From Cellvibrionales bacterium UBA1969 (GTDB taxonomy: Bacteria; Pseudomonadota; Gammaproteobacteria; Pseudomonadales; UBA7434), in contig DDDX01000082.1 in assembly GCA_002339085.1 (NCBI GenBank), forward strand, positions 4,058-68,057: a stretch of DNA of 64,000 nucleotides. Direction: 5' to 3'. Both the position numbers and the translations under genes were made by a program. Below the pieces are notes generated by a model. It was not told the origin of the DNA. It saw nothing but the letters and a program-made list of their open reading frames with translations, and ran no database searches. Below, piece by piece: positions 9,798 to 19,616 of the stretch. Within the stretch, counting starts at the first letter, position 1; each line of letters begins with the position of its first letter.

Positions 9798-10973
9798 TTA
9801 CAACCGCTCAATAATCGTGCCTGTGCCGATCGCCGAACCACAGCACATAGCGATTAATGCCGTATTTTTATCTTGTCGCTCTAACTCATGGAGGGCCGTA
9901 CAAATTAAACGCGCACCGGTTGAGCCAACTGGATGACCGATCGCGATTGCGCCACCATTAACGTTCACTTTACTCATATCGGCATCAAACACCTGCGCCC
10001 ATGACAAGACGACTGCGGCAAACGCTTCATTGATTTCAAACAAATCAATGTCGCTCATATTCATGCCTGTCTTTTTAAACATGTGCTGAGTCGCATCCAC
10101 TGGGCCATCTAATAAATAGTAAGGATCGGTGCCCACCGTGCAATCAGTGATAATCCGCGCACGTGGCTTAAAGCCTCGCGCCTTGGCTTCTTCAGCGCTC
10201 ATCCATAATACTGCGGCAGAACCATCGGAGATTTGCGAGGCATTGCCGGCGGTATGAATACCACCCTCTAAAATAGGCTTTAATTGCGATAAACCTTCTA
10301 TAGTTGTATCACGCAAACCTTGGTCACGGCTGACAGTCTTTGTCTCGTCAGTAGGCGTGCCATCATCAGCTAAACACGGCGCATCGACTGGGCAGATTTG
10401 ACTATCGAAGCGCCCCTCGTCCCAGGCCACTTTGGCTTTTTGCTGTGAGCTTAAGGCAAACTCATCGACCATTTGACGGGTTAGTCCTCGATTTTTAGCG
10501 ATACGCTCAACCATCGTAAATTGATCTGGCGCCGTATCCCATGGCCAATTAGGCGGCTGATAATAACCGGGACCATTATAGACATTTTGACCTAAACCAA
10601 CGCGGCTCATCGCTTCAACACCGCAGCCAATACCAATATCAATCCGACCCGTTTGCACCATAGCCGCAATCGCATGATTGGTTGTTTGCGCAGAGCCGCA
10701 TTGATTATCAAAGGTGGTGCCACCCGCGGTATAATCTTTACCCAGCGAAAGCCAGGCATTGCGGGCAATATTACCCGCTTGCTCGCCAGCCTGGGTCACG
10801 CACCCCCCCGCTACGTAATCCACATCACTGTAATCTATCCCAGATCGCTTAACTAAGGCATCTAATGATAAAGCTAGCAAATCAACGGCATGAAAACCAT
10901 GCAAATCACCCACAATGGGCTTGCCTCGACTAATGGGGGTTCTGACGGCTTCTACGATAACGGCTTCTGACAT
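9798..10973 (-). CDS. thiolase (acetyl-CoA C-acyltransferase family)
   Basis: 391 aa. Active-site Cys context NQCGSAQ, GHPVGSTGARL, C-terminal CCGSAIGTG. Confidence 0.85.
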   Translation of the reverse strand: MSEAVIVEAVRTPISRGKPIVGDLHGFHAVDLLALSLDALVKRSGIDYSDVDYVAGGCVTQAGEQAGNIARNAWLSLGKDYTAGGTTFDNQCGSAQTTNHAIAAMVQTGRIDIGIGCGVEAMSRVGLGQNVYNGPGYYQPPNWPWDTAPDQFTMVERIAKNRGLTRQMVDEFALSSQQKAKVAWDEGRFDSQICPVDAPCLADDGTPTDETKTVSRDQGLRDTTIEGLSQLKPILEGGIHTAGNASQISDGSAAVLWMSAEEAKARGFKPRARIITDCTVGTDPYYLLDGPVDATQHMFKKTGMNMSDIDLFEINEAFAAVVLSWAQVFDADMSKVNVNGGAIAIGHPVGSTGARLICTALHELERQDKNTALIAMCCGSAIGTGTIIERL

Positions 10974-11025
10974 GATATTCCTCGCCTCTTTGGACTCATT
11001 TATAGTGATTATATTTTTCTACTTC

Positions 11026-11493
11026 TTACATAAGGACCATGGTTAATTCATAAATTAATGCTGGCCGCTCCTCACCAACAACATGTACATGTTGCTCAAG
11101 CGTAATACGTGTATTTTTTTCGGTGACCTCGATCGCTTTAATCCGACTACGGGAGTGAATAGTGCTACCCACTGTGACTGCGCCAGAAAAACGTAAACGG
11201 TCAGAGCCGTAGTTCATCATAAAACTATAACCGCTAATGTCACCGATCAAACTCTTTTCATTCGGCATTTTAGGCAGCAGTGACAGAATCAAAAAACCAT
11301 GAGCGATGGTGCAACCGTAGGGGCTTTCTTTCGCGCATTTCTCTTCGTCGACATGCATCCACATGTCATCACCCGTCATTTCAGCAAAATCACTAATTAA
11401 TTGTTGGTCGATGGTAAAGCTGCCACTCCAATCACTGAAGTCACTGGTGACCAAGCTTTGCAGCGCGTCGTTATCTTTAAAATCGATTGTCAT
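11026..11493 (-). CDS. MaoC-like (R)-specific enoyl-CoA hydratase/dehydratase, hot-dog fold
   Basis: 155 aa. Hydratase-2-like block FAEMTGDDMWMHVDEE and typical size. Confidence 0.7.
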   Translation of the reverse strand: MTIDFKDNDALQSLVTSDFSDWSGSFTIDQQLISDFAEMTGDDMWMHVDEEKCAKESPYGCTIAHGFLILSLLPKMPNEKSLIGDISGYSFMMNYGSDRLRFSGAVTVGSTIHSRSRIKAIEVTEKNTRITLEQHVHVVGEERPALIYELTMVLM

Positions 11494-11575
11494 AATGACC
11501 TCTCTGACTTAATCATGTACGGTGCTATTTTTTGTCTATCTACTATTATCTATCCAGCGAGTATTCCCTAATCAT

Positions 11576-12316
11576 TTAAGCAGAATGCGTCGAGCCATCG
11601 ACGCTTGGCCCTGTTAGGTTAGCTGCATTCATCTCATGACTTTCTGTTTCAGCCTTTACTTTTTGTAAATAATCTTTAGGCATACGAATAAACAGGCCTT
11701 CGCAGCTCGCGGTTAATGTATCGCCGGCATACATCTCACCACGGAGAATATTTTTTCTGCCCTCAACGCGATGAACCCTTCCATAGAGACGTAATTCCTG
11801 TGCTAGCGGTGTTGGCTTAATATAGCGCACTGACAGCGTGCCGGTAAAACCCGGCTGATCCGTTAACTTTTGGCCCATGCCTAAAAAGTCATCGAACAAA
11901 GCCGCGACAAATCCACCGTGGACAAAGCCGGGCGGGCCTTCAAACTGCCAGCCCATCGTCACTTTGCCATGCACTTCGTCACCAGCGATCCAAAGATGCA
12001 GAGGCGCCGTAATCGGATTACATAAACCAGTGATGGAACTGATCTCGTGACTGACAATACTGCCCTCTTGAAAGTGGTCTTGGTCAGGGTCCATGTGTGC
12101 TAATTTACCCAGTCGCTGCGGTGTTTCCGCCAAGCGATCGGCCTGCTCATTGATTAATGCGGTCATCGTCTCTAAGGTGTTGATGTCGGCAGAACTAGTC
12201 ACAGCCAACTCATTGATTCGCCTTAGAGCTGTGCCTAAATCGCGTCGAGCGGCCCATTGCGGCGTCGGTGCTACTGGCGGCTCTTCATAATCATAAGGGC
12301 CTAAATAAATTGCCAT
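11576..12316 (-). CDS. PaaI/4HBT-type hot-dog thioesterase with an N-terminal extension
   Basis: 246 aa. HGGFVAALFDDFLG block typical of PaaI-type thioesterases, preceded by about 110 aa of unassigned sequence. Confidence 0.6.
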   Translation of the reverse strand: MAIYLGPYDYEEPPVAPTPQWAARRDLGTALRRINELAVTSSADINTLETMTALINEQADRLAETPQRLGKLAHMDPDQDHFQEGSIVSHEISSITGLCNPITAPLHLWIAGDEVHGKVTMGWQFEGPPGFVHGGFVAALFDDFLGMGQKLTDQPGFTGTLSVRYIKPTPLAQELRLYGRVHRVEGRKNILRGEMYAGDTLTASCEGLFIRMPKDYLQKVKAETESHEMNAANLTGPSVDGSTHSA

Positions 12317-12711
12317 AAAATCTCACTGCATATTGGAGGTGCAAAGGTTAGATCCAAAAAATTTTCCCGGTTTTGCACCAGTCAATCGGTTCTCCATGGT
12401 AGACTAAACATGACCAACATCGATTGATCAAACTTGAGGCTGGACGACATTATCAACTTTACTCTCCTCCTAAAAACGTCGATTAATAAGCCAATTTTTA
12501 TGAAAGAGTACGGTATCAATGATTTAATTAGTGGACAACCTTATCGCTAACCACAATCCGTTGACAATGACCGCTTCAGCCAATCATCCAAAGTAGCGAC
12601 CGGTTCGCTCAAAAGGGTCAATAAAATGAGCATAATTAAGATATCAGCACTTATTGATCAAGTCGCAAAGCGTCTATAACCAGACATTCTGTAATCGAAA
12701 GGAGTAAACCC

Positions 12712-13719
12712 TTGGTCCAATATCACAGCATTATAGATATGATAGGCAACACACCTCTGGTGCGATTAAAACAAGCCTCGGAGATGACCGGCTGTGAAAT
12801 TCTCGGCAAGGCTGAATTTTTAAATCCTGGTGGTTCAATCAAAGACCGAACGGCCCTAGGAATTATCCGCGACGCTGAACGATCAGGCGCACTCAAGCCT
12901 GGCGGCACGATTGTCGAAGGGACTGCAGGAAACACCGGTATTGGCTTAACTATTTTGGCTAATGCGCTAGGTTACAAGAGCGTGGTCGTGATGCCCATGA
13001 CACAAAGTAAAGAAAAAATTGATTCGCTGGAATTATTTGGTGCTGAATTACACCTCGTGCCGGCTACTGCTTACAGCGACCCTAACCACTATACGCACTC
13101 TGCTGGCAGATTGGCAGAAGATCTAAATAGAGACAAACCTGAGGGAGTAATCTGGGCCAACCAATTCGGAAATACTGCAAATCGTGATATTCACTACACC
13201 ACCACGGGTGAGGAGATTTGGCAGCAAACGAATGGGCAGGTTGATGGCTTTATATGTGCAGCAGGCACCGGCGGCACGTTAGCGGGCGTCGCCAAAAAAC
13301 TGCGCGAGCATCGAAAAGATGTCCATATAGGCATTGCAGATCCGATGGGCTCATCGTTATATGAGTATTTTAAGTATGGTGAGTTAAAAGCTGAGGGCAG
13401 CTCAATCACAGAAGGGATTGGGATTAGTCACGTGACTAATAACCTGGGTGAAACGGATATAGACCACGCCTACCAAATTACTGATCAAGAGGCCCTACCC
13501 TTAGTATTTGATCTATTAGCGAACGAAGGGCTTTGCTTAGGAGGTTCTTCGGGGATCAATATAGCTGGCGCTATTGAGCTGGCAAAAACACTGGGGCCTG
13601 GCCACACGATAGTCACAATACTTTGTGACTATGGCACTCGCTATCAGAGTAAATTATTTAACCCTGTGTTTTTAGAAAATAAAGGTTTACCCGTGCCTGA
13701 GTGGTTGAAAATAGGATAA
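12712..13719 (+). CDS. PLP-dependent cysteine synthase / cystathionine beta-synthase family protein
   Basis: IGNTPLVRL, PLP-lysine context GGSIKDRTA, GTGGTLAG loop. TTG start at 12712 (alternative ATG 12739). Confidence 0.85.
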   Translation: MVQYHSIIDMIGNTPLVRLKQASEMTGCEILGKAEFLNPGGSIKDRTALGIIRDAERSGALKPGGTIVEGTAGNTGIGLTILANALGYKSVVVMPMTQSKEKIDSLELFGAELHLVPATAYSDPNHYTHSAGRLAEDLNRDKPEGVIWANQFGNTANRDIHYTTTGEEIWQQTNGQVDGFICAAGTGGTLAGVAKKLREHRKDVHIGIADPMGSSLYEYFKYGELKAEGSSITEGIGISHVTNNLGETDIDHAYQITDQEALPLVFDLLANEGLCLGGSSGINIAGAIELAKTLGPGHTIVTILCDYGTRYQSKLFNPVFLENKGLPVPEWLKIG

Positions 13720-13737
13720 GGCTTTCATTACCTATTA

Positions 13738-14427
13738 CTAAAACTCATAGGCAATTCTCGCATAGGTCTCGGTATCTAAGTGATCCTTGCCTAAAGGTAC
13801 CTGCTCCGTATACTTAGCGTCCATACCGACATTGAGAGCAACACTCGATATCAACTGTGATTTGATATTAACTCCTAATCGACTAATCGTATTTTTATCA
13901 CCACCTTCAATATTTAAGTATTGCAAGAATGTAGCCGTCTCGCTCATTTTCCATTGATAGTATCCACCAACACGCAGCGTCCATTCTTTTTCATTAGATT
14001 GTGTTTCAAATCCATTCACGCGATAACCCGGACCGACTTCCAGGCGCAAGTCATGCTCGCTTGTTTCAACTATCTGCTGACCATAACCCAAACCAATACT
14101 GGTCTGATAATCAAAACCACTAAATCGGTCATCCTCACTAACCAATAAAATAAAAAGAGATTTACCTTCAGGAAGCTTTTTATCCGCCTGAAGATCAACA
14201 CTATACTTCTCGGCACTGGTATTTTGATTGCTAGAACTAGACAAAGTGGCTAACGTGCTCTTATAAGTCCAACTTGCCGTGTCTTTTAAGAAGGTTAACT
14301 GGCTATTTATCGTCTGGCCTTCCGAGTTACCAGAGGTGCTTAATAAACCGAACTCCAATTCCACCACTATAGAATCAGAATGAGCGTGCATAGAAATGAG
14401 TAATAATATAGGAAAGAATAGTCGCAT
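13738..14427 (-). CDS. DUF481-type (YdiY-like) outer-membrane beta-barrel protein
   Basis: Signal peptide, alternating beta-strand pattern, LSTSGNSEGQT block, C-terminal ...RIAYEF. Confidence 0.5.
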   Translation of the reverse strand: MRLFFPILLLISMHAHSDSIVVELEFGLLSTSGNSEGQTINSQLTFLKDTASWTYKSTLATLSSSSNQNTSAEKYSVDLQADKKLPEGKSLFILLVSEDDRFSGFDYQTSIGLGYGQQIVETSEHDLRLEVGPGYRVNGFETQSNEKEWTLRVGGYYQWKMSETATFLQYLNIEGGDKNTISRLGVNIKSQLISSVALNVGMDAKYTEQVPLGKDHLDTETYARIAYEF

Positions 14428-14439
14428 TTATAATTGGCT

Positions 14440-14700
14440 CTATTCTAGAACAAGCCAAGCAATGAATCGACTAAGAAAACCCAAACCGATAACAACGGAA
14501 ATTAACATAAACATCATTAGGCTAACACTAAAGGGCTTTCTTTCCACAGAATGAATTGGAGCAGATAAATACTTTTCAACGCGGGCAAGGTCTTTTTCTG
14601 ACAATTGAGCCTGATCAAACTCAACAGAATCGGCATCTTGCAATGCCTTTTCTATATTTGAAACTGGCTCTTGAGGGGTAAAACTTTGGTCTTTGCTCAT
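14440..14700 (-). CDS. small membrane protein, unknown function
   Basis: ATG at 14700 (the ORF track extends to a TTG at 14730). Acidic N-terminal half and one C-terminal TM helix (MMFMLISVVIGLGFLSRFIAWLVL). Sits 41 nt downstream of bioD on the same strand. Confidence 0.4.
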   Translation of the reverse strand: MSKDQSFTPQEPVSNIEKALQDADSVEFDQAQLSEKDLARVEKYLSAPIHSVERKPFSVSLMMFMLISVVIGLGFLSRFIAWLVLE

Positions 14701-14740
14701 ATCTAATAACCTAAAGACTGAATAATCCAAATACTATAAT

Positions 14741-15439
14741 TTAAGACTCTGTTTCTTCAAGTAGAGTCGGTATATCAATATATACGGCCGAACTCTCTGT
14801 GTCGATCGCTGATAAGAAGGGTATTTCAGCCACAAGTGGCGCTACTATTTTTTCCTTCAAAGTTGCAATATTTTCATGGTTATAGGGCATATCCGATGAA
14901 AGATGATTTGCCACCCATCCAGCCAGTTTCAGGCCACTTGCTTCAATAGATGCAACTGTTAACAGTGCATGATTAAGACATCCTAACTTTAGACCAACCA
15001 CGAGAATTATCTCACACCCCAATGGTTCGGCTAAATCAGCAACCGTCTTTTGATCATTGAGAGGCACCAACCAACCACCAGCGCCCTCTACAACTACAAT
15101 ATCAGCTGGGGAGTCAATGATTGATCTGCAACGCTCAACACACTCAGAAAAACCAATTTTTCGCCCCTCATTCGCCGCTGCTATGTGAGGTGCTATGGGT
15201 TGTTCAAAGAGATACGGGTTGACGTCTTTATAACTGTCTTTTTGACTAGCGGCGACTTGTAGCATCAGTGCATCTTCATTAAAAAATCCATCCTTCAAAT
15301 GGATCCCTCCTGCCGCAACAGGTTTAAGTGCCGCAGTCAAAAATCCTGCATCCGTGCATGCACTCAATAATCCTGTTGCAAAAACTGTTTTGCCCGCATC
15401 TGTATCGGTCCCCGTAATAAACCACCGCTTTTTTGTCAC
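14741..15439 (-). CDS. bioD: dethiobiotin synthetase
   Basis: WFITGTDTDAGKTVFATGLL P-loop start closely resembles E. coli BioD. Last gene of the bio operon. Confidence 0.9.
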   Translation of the reverse strand: MTKKRWFITGTDTDAGKTVFATGLLSACTDAGFLTAALKPVAAGGIHLKDGFFNEDALMLQVAASQKDSYKDVNPYLFEQPIAPHIAAANEGRKIGFSECVERCRSIIDSPADIVVVEGAGGWLVPLNDQKTVADLAEPLGCEIILVVGLKLGCLNHALLTVASIEASGLKLAGWVANHLSSDMPYNHENIATLKEKIVAPLVAEIPFLSAIDTESSAVYIDIPTLLEETES

Positions 15440-15470
15440 TGTGATAATTTCCTTAATATACTAAAAATTT

Positions 15471-17105
15471 CTATGGTCGCTTAGTAAGTTCCAAGTATAC
15501 AACTCGATAAGTTAGTGGGTATTGATTTTTATTCGTCTTAAAACTTTGATAGGCTTCAGAAAATCTTTTATATTTATTTTTACCCAGAAAACCCTGCGCG
15601 CGCTGGGAATTCATATTATGCGCGCCAATTTTTTTAACGCTTTCAAGTAAGTCTCTTAAATCATCAAAATATTGAACCTGGTCAACCTCATGACAATTAT
15701 CTAAGGCCAATCCAGCTAGCTCACAACTCTGCTGTAATTTTGATAAACTCTCAAATCGGTTCACATGAACACCACGATCTACCATAGACCAAGCATACTT
15801 TAGCTCAAATAAAGTACCTTGAATTAACGTGCTAAAAAAAGCCTTACCTCCAATAACCAGAGTTCTAGCGCATTCATTAAAAAACTCATCGACATCATCG
15901 CACCACTGTACCGATAAGTTTGAAAAAATCAGGTCAACGCTAGATTTTTGAATTGGCAAATTTTCAATATCGCCTTGGACTTGTAAAGCTTTTATAGGTA
16001 ATTTTTTTTCTGGTGATTCTGCGGCTTGAAACCTTTTTGAGTAAGCAAGCATAGCGCCAGAAAGATCAAGCTCAAAAATTTGAGCGGCAGGATAATTATC
16101 ACGCAGTGAGCCAGAGTGAAAACCAGTGCCTGAGCCCAAATCAACTAACCGATCAATTTCCTTATCGGGTAATAGCTCTAGCAGTTTTAATCCCGTTTCA
16201 TGCTGAAATTTAGCCAGCTCATCATAGCCTTCGGCAGCGCTGGAAAAGGAATCAGCAATCAATTCCTTACTAATTATCTGATTTTGTAGGGCCCGCAAGA
16301 GAAACTGGCTCGTATCTAATTGCCATTTCTCTGACTCCGATATAAACGGTAGGTGGGCTGAGTCAAAAAAAATTTGATATTCATGGTGCTTATGATTTTC
16401 AGCTATTGATCTACAGGAAGAGGCAGGCACAAGGCTGTCATATTGGCCAAACTGATGCATCACGGGTATCGATAAAATTTGCCAGCAATCATATAAATCA
16501 AAATTTTCGAGCACAGATAAACCAAGTTCAAGTCCGTCTATTGAAAATTCAACTCCGTCTATAAGCGATCTTATGCAACGGCAGTCATGCTTTGCAGTTT
16601 CAATGCCCTGGGCCTGCATGACTTGAAAACGAGTTATTTGATTCTGTAAAGATGCTGACGATAATGCATCGCTGAATGCGGAAAAATCCAATCTTTCCAT
16701 GCCAGATGGCGATTTAGGATTGGCGAGAAATGATTGATTTGTTGCGATCGTAACGAGCGCTGTTACTCTCTCTGTTAACCTTTGTGCCAAAAGCGATCCA
16801 ACGATCCCACCCAGTGACCAACCGATAATCGAAAAATTTTTAACCGGAATGCATGCCTCTAGTTCGCTAACAAATTCATCGATAGAATTAAAACTAAGCT
16901 CTACATGCTCTCCATGGCCAGGGAGGTCAACAGTTAAAAGATTAAATGATAAGGCAAGCTTTTCAGTCGAGTTAGCCCATATTCCACTGCTTGACCCCCA
17001 CCCATGGATCAAGAGAATGGAGGGAAGCTCCTCATCATAACTATTAAGATAGTTAATCTTTAATTCACTTTGGCCATCAGAATTTAAAATCTTTTTATTC
17101 ATCAT
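15471..17105 (-). CDS. bioH-bioC: fusion protein: BioH-like pimeloyl-ACP methyl ester esterase (N-terminal) + BioC malonyl-ACP O-methyltransferase (C-terminal)
   Basis: N-terminal half: LLIHGWGSSSGIW, GWSLGG nucleophile elbow, SAHLPFISE histidine block (BioH signatures). C-terminal half: VDLGSGTG SAM motif and GDIENLP...DLIFSNLSVQWCDD (BioC signature). ATG 17105 forms an ATGA overlap with the bioF stop; the ORF track starts at 17114. Confidence 0.8.
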   Translation of the reverse strand: MMNKKILNSDGQSELKINYLNSYDEELPSILLIHGWGSSSGIWANSTEKLALSFNLLTVDLPGHGEHVELSFNSIDEFVSELEACIPVKNFSIIGWSLGGIVGSLLAQRLTERVTALVTIATNQSFLANPKSPSGMERLDFSAFSDALSSASLQNQITRFQVMQAQGIETAKHDCRCIRSLIDGVEFSIDGLELGLSVLENFDLYDCWQILSIPVMHQFGQYDSLVPASSCRSIAENHKHHEYQIFFDSAHLPFISESEKWQLDTSQFLLRALQNQIISKELIADSFSSAAEGYDELAKFQHETGLKLLELLPDKEIDRLVDLGSGTGFHSGSLRDNYPAAQIFELDLSGAMLAYSKRFQAAESPEKKLPIKALQVQGDIENLPIQKSSVDLIFSNLSVQWCDDVDEFFNECARTLVIGGKAFFSTLIQGTLFELKYAWSMVDRGVHVNRFESLSKLQQSCELAGLALDNCHEVDQVQYFDDLRDLLESVKKIGAHNMNSQRAQGFLGKNKYKRFSEAYQSFKTNKNQYPLTYRVVYLELTKRP

Positions 17106-18268
17106 GGCTGACAATCTTCAAGTACCTGAATTAATTGATCCAGCTGTGAAAAAGTGTGAGCTGCCGATAAGGTAATGCGCAACCGCGCAGACTCTGCTGG
17201 AACTGTCGGCGGGCGGATAGCCGAGATCATCATGCCCTCTTCCATTAACCTCTCACTTAGGGCTAATGCACGTGAATTATCACCAACAACTAACGCCTGT
17301 ATCGCCGATGAAGACGGTAGGAATTGAAAATTCAAGTTAGCAGTCTTTTCTTTGAAATAATCAATTAATGTTTTTAGATGAGCTCTTCTCTGAGGTTCAT
17401 CTTTATTAACTTTCAAAGATTGAAGAATTGCTTCTGCACATGCTGGCGGTAAAGCCGTCGTATAGATATAGCTTCGAGAGAGCTGTATAAGGCTCTCGAT
17501 CAAGGCATTACTCCCGGCAACAAACGCGCCTGCTACTCCAATTGCCTTACCTAACGTACCCATTAGTATGGGTAAATCATCTTGATCTAGATCGAAATGC
17601 TCACTGATTCCTGCACCATTCTCACCAAGCCATCCAAACCCATGCGCATCATCAACCATCAATGCGGCATCGTATTTTTTACAGATCGATGATAGGTCCT
17701 TAAGGGGCGACATATCACCATCCATACTAAAGACACCATCTACAGCCAATATTTTTCGAGGGCACTCGGTAGTCTTTTCAAGTTGTACTTCAAGATGTTC
17801 CAAATCATTATGTCTAAAGCGAAGAAAGTTTGCGCTACTTAGCCGAGCGCCATCTATCAGAGAGGCATGGTTAAGCTTGTCTTGGATAACTGCATCACCC
17901 TTAGACAAAAGACCACTCAAAATACCAAGATTAGCCATATAGCCAGAGGAGAATACAAGCGCCCTGTCCCTGCCGGTGAATTCTGCTAGTGCCTTCTCGA
18001 GATTATGATGAGGCAGTTGATGGCCGACAACTAGATGAGAGGCGCCAGCGCCAGCCCCATAGTCCTTGATGGCAGTTTGGAACCTAGATACTACGTCAGG
18101 GTGATTGGCTAAACCGAGATAATCATTGCTTGAAAAATTAATATAATCACGTCCCGCGATACTTATGACAGCTCCCTGGGGAGAATCAACTGTATTTCGA
18201 TATCTATATAGATTTTCTTCCTCTCGCTTTGCTAAGGGCGTAATTAAATTATCTATCCAATGAGTCAT
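17102..18268 (-). CDS. bioF: 8-amino-7-oxononanoate synthase
   Basis: 388 aa, class II aminotransferase. PLP-lysine block MGTLGKAIGVAGA. Located between bioB and the bioH-bioC fusion. Confidence 0.9.
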   Translation of the reverse strand: MTHWIDNLITPLAKREEENLYRYRNTVDSPQGAVISIAGRDYINFSSNDYLGLANHPDVVSRFQTAIKDYGAGAGASHLVVGHQLPHHNLEKALAEFTGRDRALVFSSGYMANLGILSGLLSKGDAVIQDKLNHASLIDGARLSSANFLRFRHNDLEHLEVQLEKTTECPRKILAVDGVFSMDGDMSPLKDLSSICKKYDAALMVDDAHGFGWLGENGAGISEHFDLDQDDLPILMGTLGKAIGVAGAFVAGSNALIESLIQLSRSYIYTTALPPACAEAILQSLKVNKDEPQRRAHLKTLIDYFKEKTANLNFQFLPSSSAIQALVVGDNSRALALSERLMEEGMMISAIRPPTVPAESARLRITLSAAHTFSQLDQLIQVLEDCQP

Positions 18269-18303
18269 TGGTTAACCTAGTAGGAATTAAAGAGGCTGGA
18301 TAC

Positions 18304-19371
18304 CTAATTAGATGCGGCGTTGTAGTATAAATCAGATTTATCCTTGGCCGACTCTTCTGCTAGTTGCGTTGGATCAATCTGCTTACCCTCGGGCGATATA
18401 CCTAAACGCTCAAATAAGTCGAGATCCTTATTAGCTTCGGGGTTTGGTGTGGTTAACAGTTTCTCACCATAGAATATTGAGTTGGCGCCTGCAAAATAAA
18501 CGAGTGCGTGCATTTCCTCGTTCATCGTCTCTCGACCGGCAGATAGGCGGACGTAAGATTTTGGCATCATGATTCGAGCTACGGCAATAGTTCGGATAAA
18601 ATCGAAGTTATCGAAATCTTCCTCATTAGCCATGGGCGTCCCTTCAACGCGTACCAATCTATTAATGGGTACACTCTGAGGGTGCTCTGGCATATTGGCC
18701 AACTCAATTAATAGACCTACCCGATCATTAATCGACTCGCCCATCCCGACGATGCCACCTGAGCAGACATTAATGCCGGCTTCTCTGACATGATGAAGAG
18801 TATCTAAACGGTCCTGATATGTTCGGGTAGTAATGATATCGCCATAGTACTCCGGCGATGTGTCTAGGTTATGGTTATAGTAATCGAGCCCTGCATCTGA
18901 TAACGCTGTGGCTTGATGAGGTTTTAGCATGCCCAGTGTCATACACGTCTCAAGGCCCATTGCCTTCACACCTTCAACCATCGCAAGAACCTTAGTCATA
19001 TCCCTGTCTTTAGGTGAACGCCATGCAGCGCCCATACAGAAACGAGTTGAACCAGCAGCCTTAGCGGCGCTAGCCTCTTTCAAAACTTTTTCGACTTCCA
19101 TCAACTGTTCAACTTCAAGCCCAGTGTCATAACGTGTGCTCTGTGGGCAGTACTTACAGTCCTCTGGACACGCACCCGTTTTGATAGATAGCAAGGTGCT
19201 GACTTGTACTTCATTCGGATCAAAGTTTACGCGATGAATAGACTGCGCCTTGAAAAGTAAATCGTTGAATGGCAAAGCAAAGAGCTCGGCAACCTCCGAA
19301 CGACGCCAGTCGTGCCTTAAAGCTGGAACTGAAGGCTGCGCAACGGCAAGAGAAGCGTTATTTTCGGACAT
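18304..19371 (-). CDS. bioB: biotin synthase (radical SAM)
   Basis: [11 protein letters not shown] radical-SAM cluster motif. Full-length similarity pattern to BioB. Confidence 0.95.
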   Translation of the reverse strand: MSENNASLAVAQPSVPALRHDWRRSEVAELFALPFNDLLFKAQSIHRVNFDPNEVQVSTLLSIKTGACPEDCKYCPQSTRYDTGLEVEQLMEVEKVLKEASAAKAAGSTRFCMGAAWRSPKDRDMTKVLAMVEGVKAMGLETCMTLGMLKPHQATALSDAGLDYYNHNLDTSPEYYGDIITTRTYQDRLDTLHHVREAGINVCSGGIVGMGESINDRVGLLIELANMPEHPQSVPINRLVRVEGTPMANEEDFDNFDFIRTIAVARIMMPKSYVRLSAGRETMNEEMHALVYFAGANSIFYGEKLLTTPNPEANKDLDLFERLGISPEGKQIDPTQLAEESAKDKSDLYYNAASN

Positions 19372-19473
19372 CGACGGTTTACCTTATCTATTTAATGGTT
19401 GATTAACTCGGCTATTTTGGCTATTTACTGGCTGATAAGCGAATATGGGTCAATATTACGGCCCTAGGATATG

Positions 19474-19506
19474 CTGTCAACTGTATTTTAGATATTTAGT
19501 TTACAG
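19474..19506. promoter_or_regulatory. candidate BirA operator (bioO) upstream of bioB
   Basis: cTGTCAACt-N15-aGTTTACAg. These are inverted TGTMAAC half-sites with the 15-nt spacing I recall for the gammaproteobacterial BirA operator (TGTAAACC-N15-GGTTTACA). Lies 104-135 nt upstream of the bioB ATG. Confidence 0.55.
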
Positions 19507-19616
19507 TGTATTGCAAAATTTTTCAAGCTATTGATTTTATTGGTATTAAAGCTCCATAAGTAACCATCGACGTATTATCCGGGTTAATTTAGAATGTCTT
19601 AAAAATTAGGCCTCAT

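Noticed and set aside
19372-19616. Moco riboswitch or ModE operator upstream of modA
   Set aside because: I could not recognise the conserved Moco-riboswitch helices or a ModE-type TATAT-N-TAYAT inverted repeat. Only the BirA-like site stands out.
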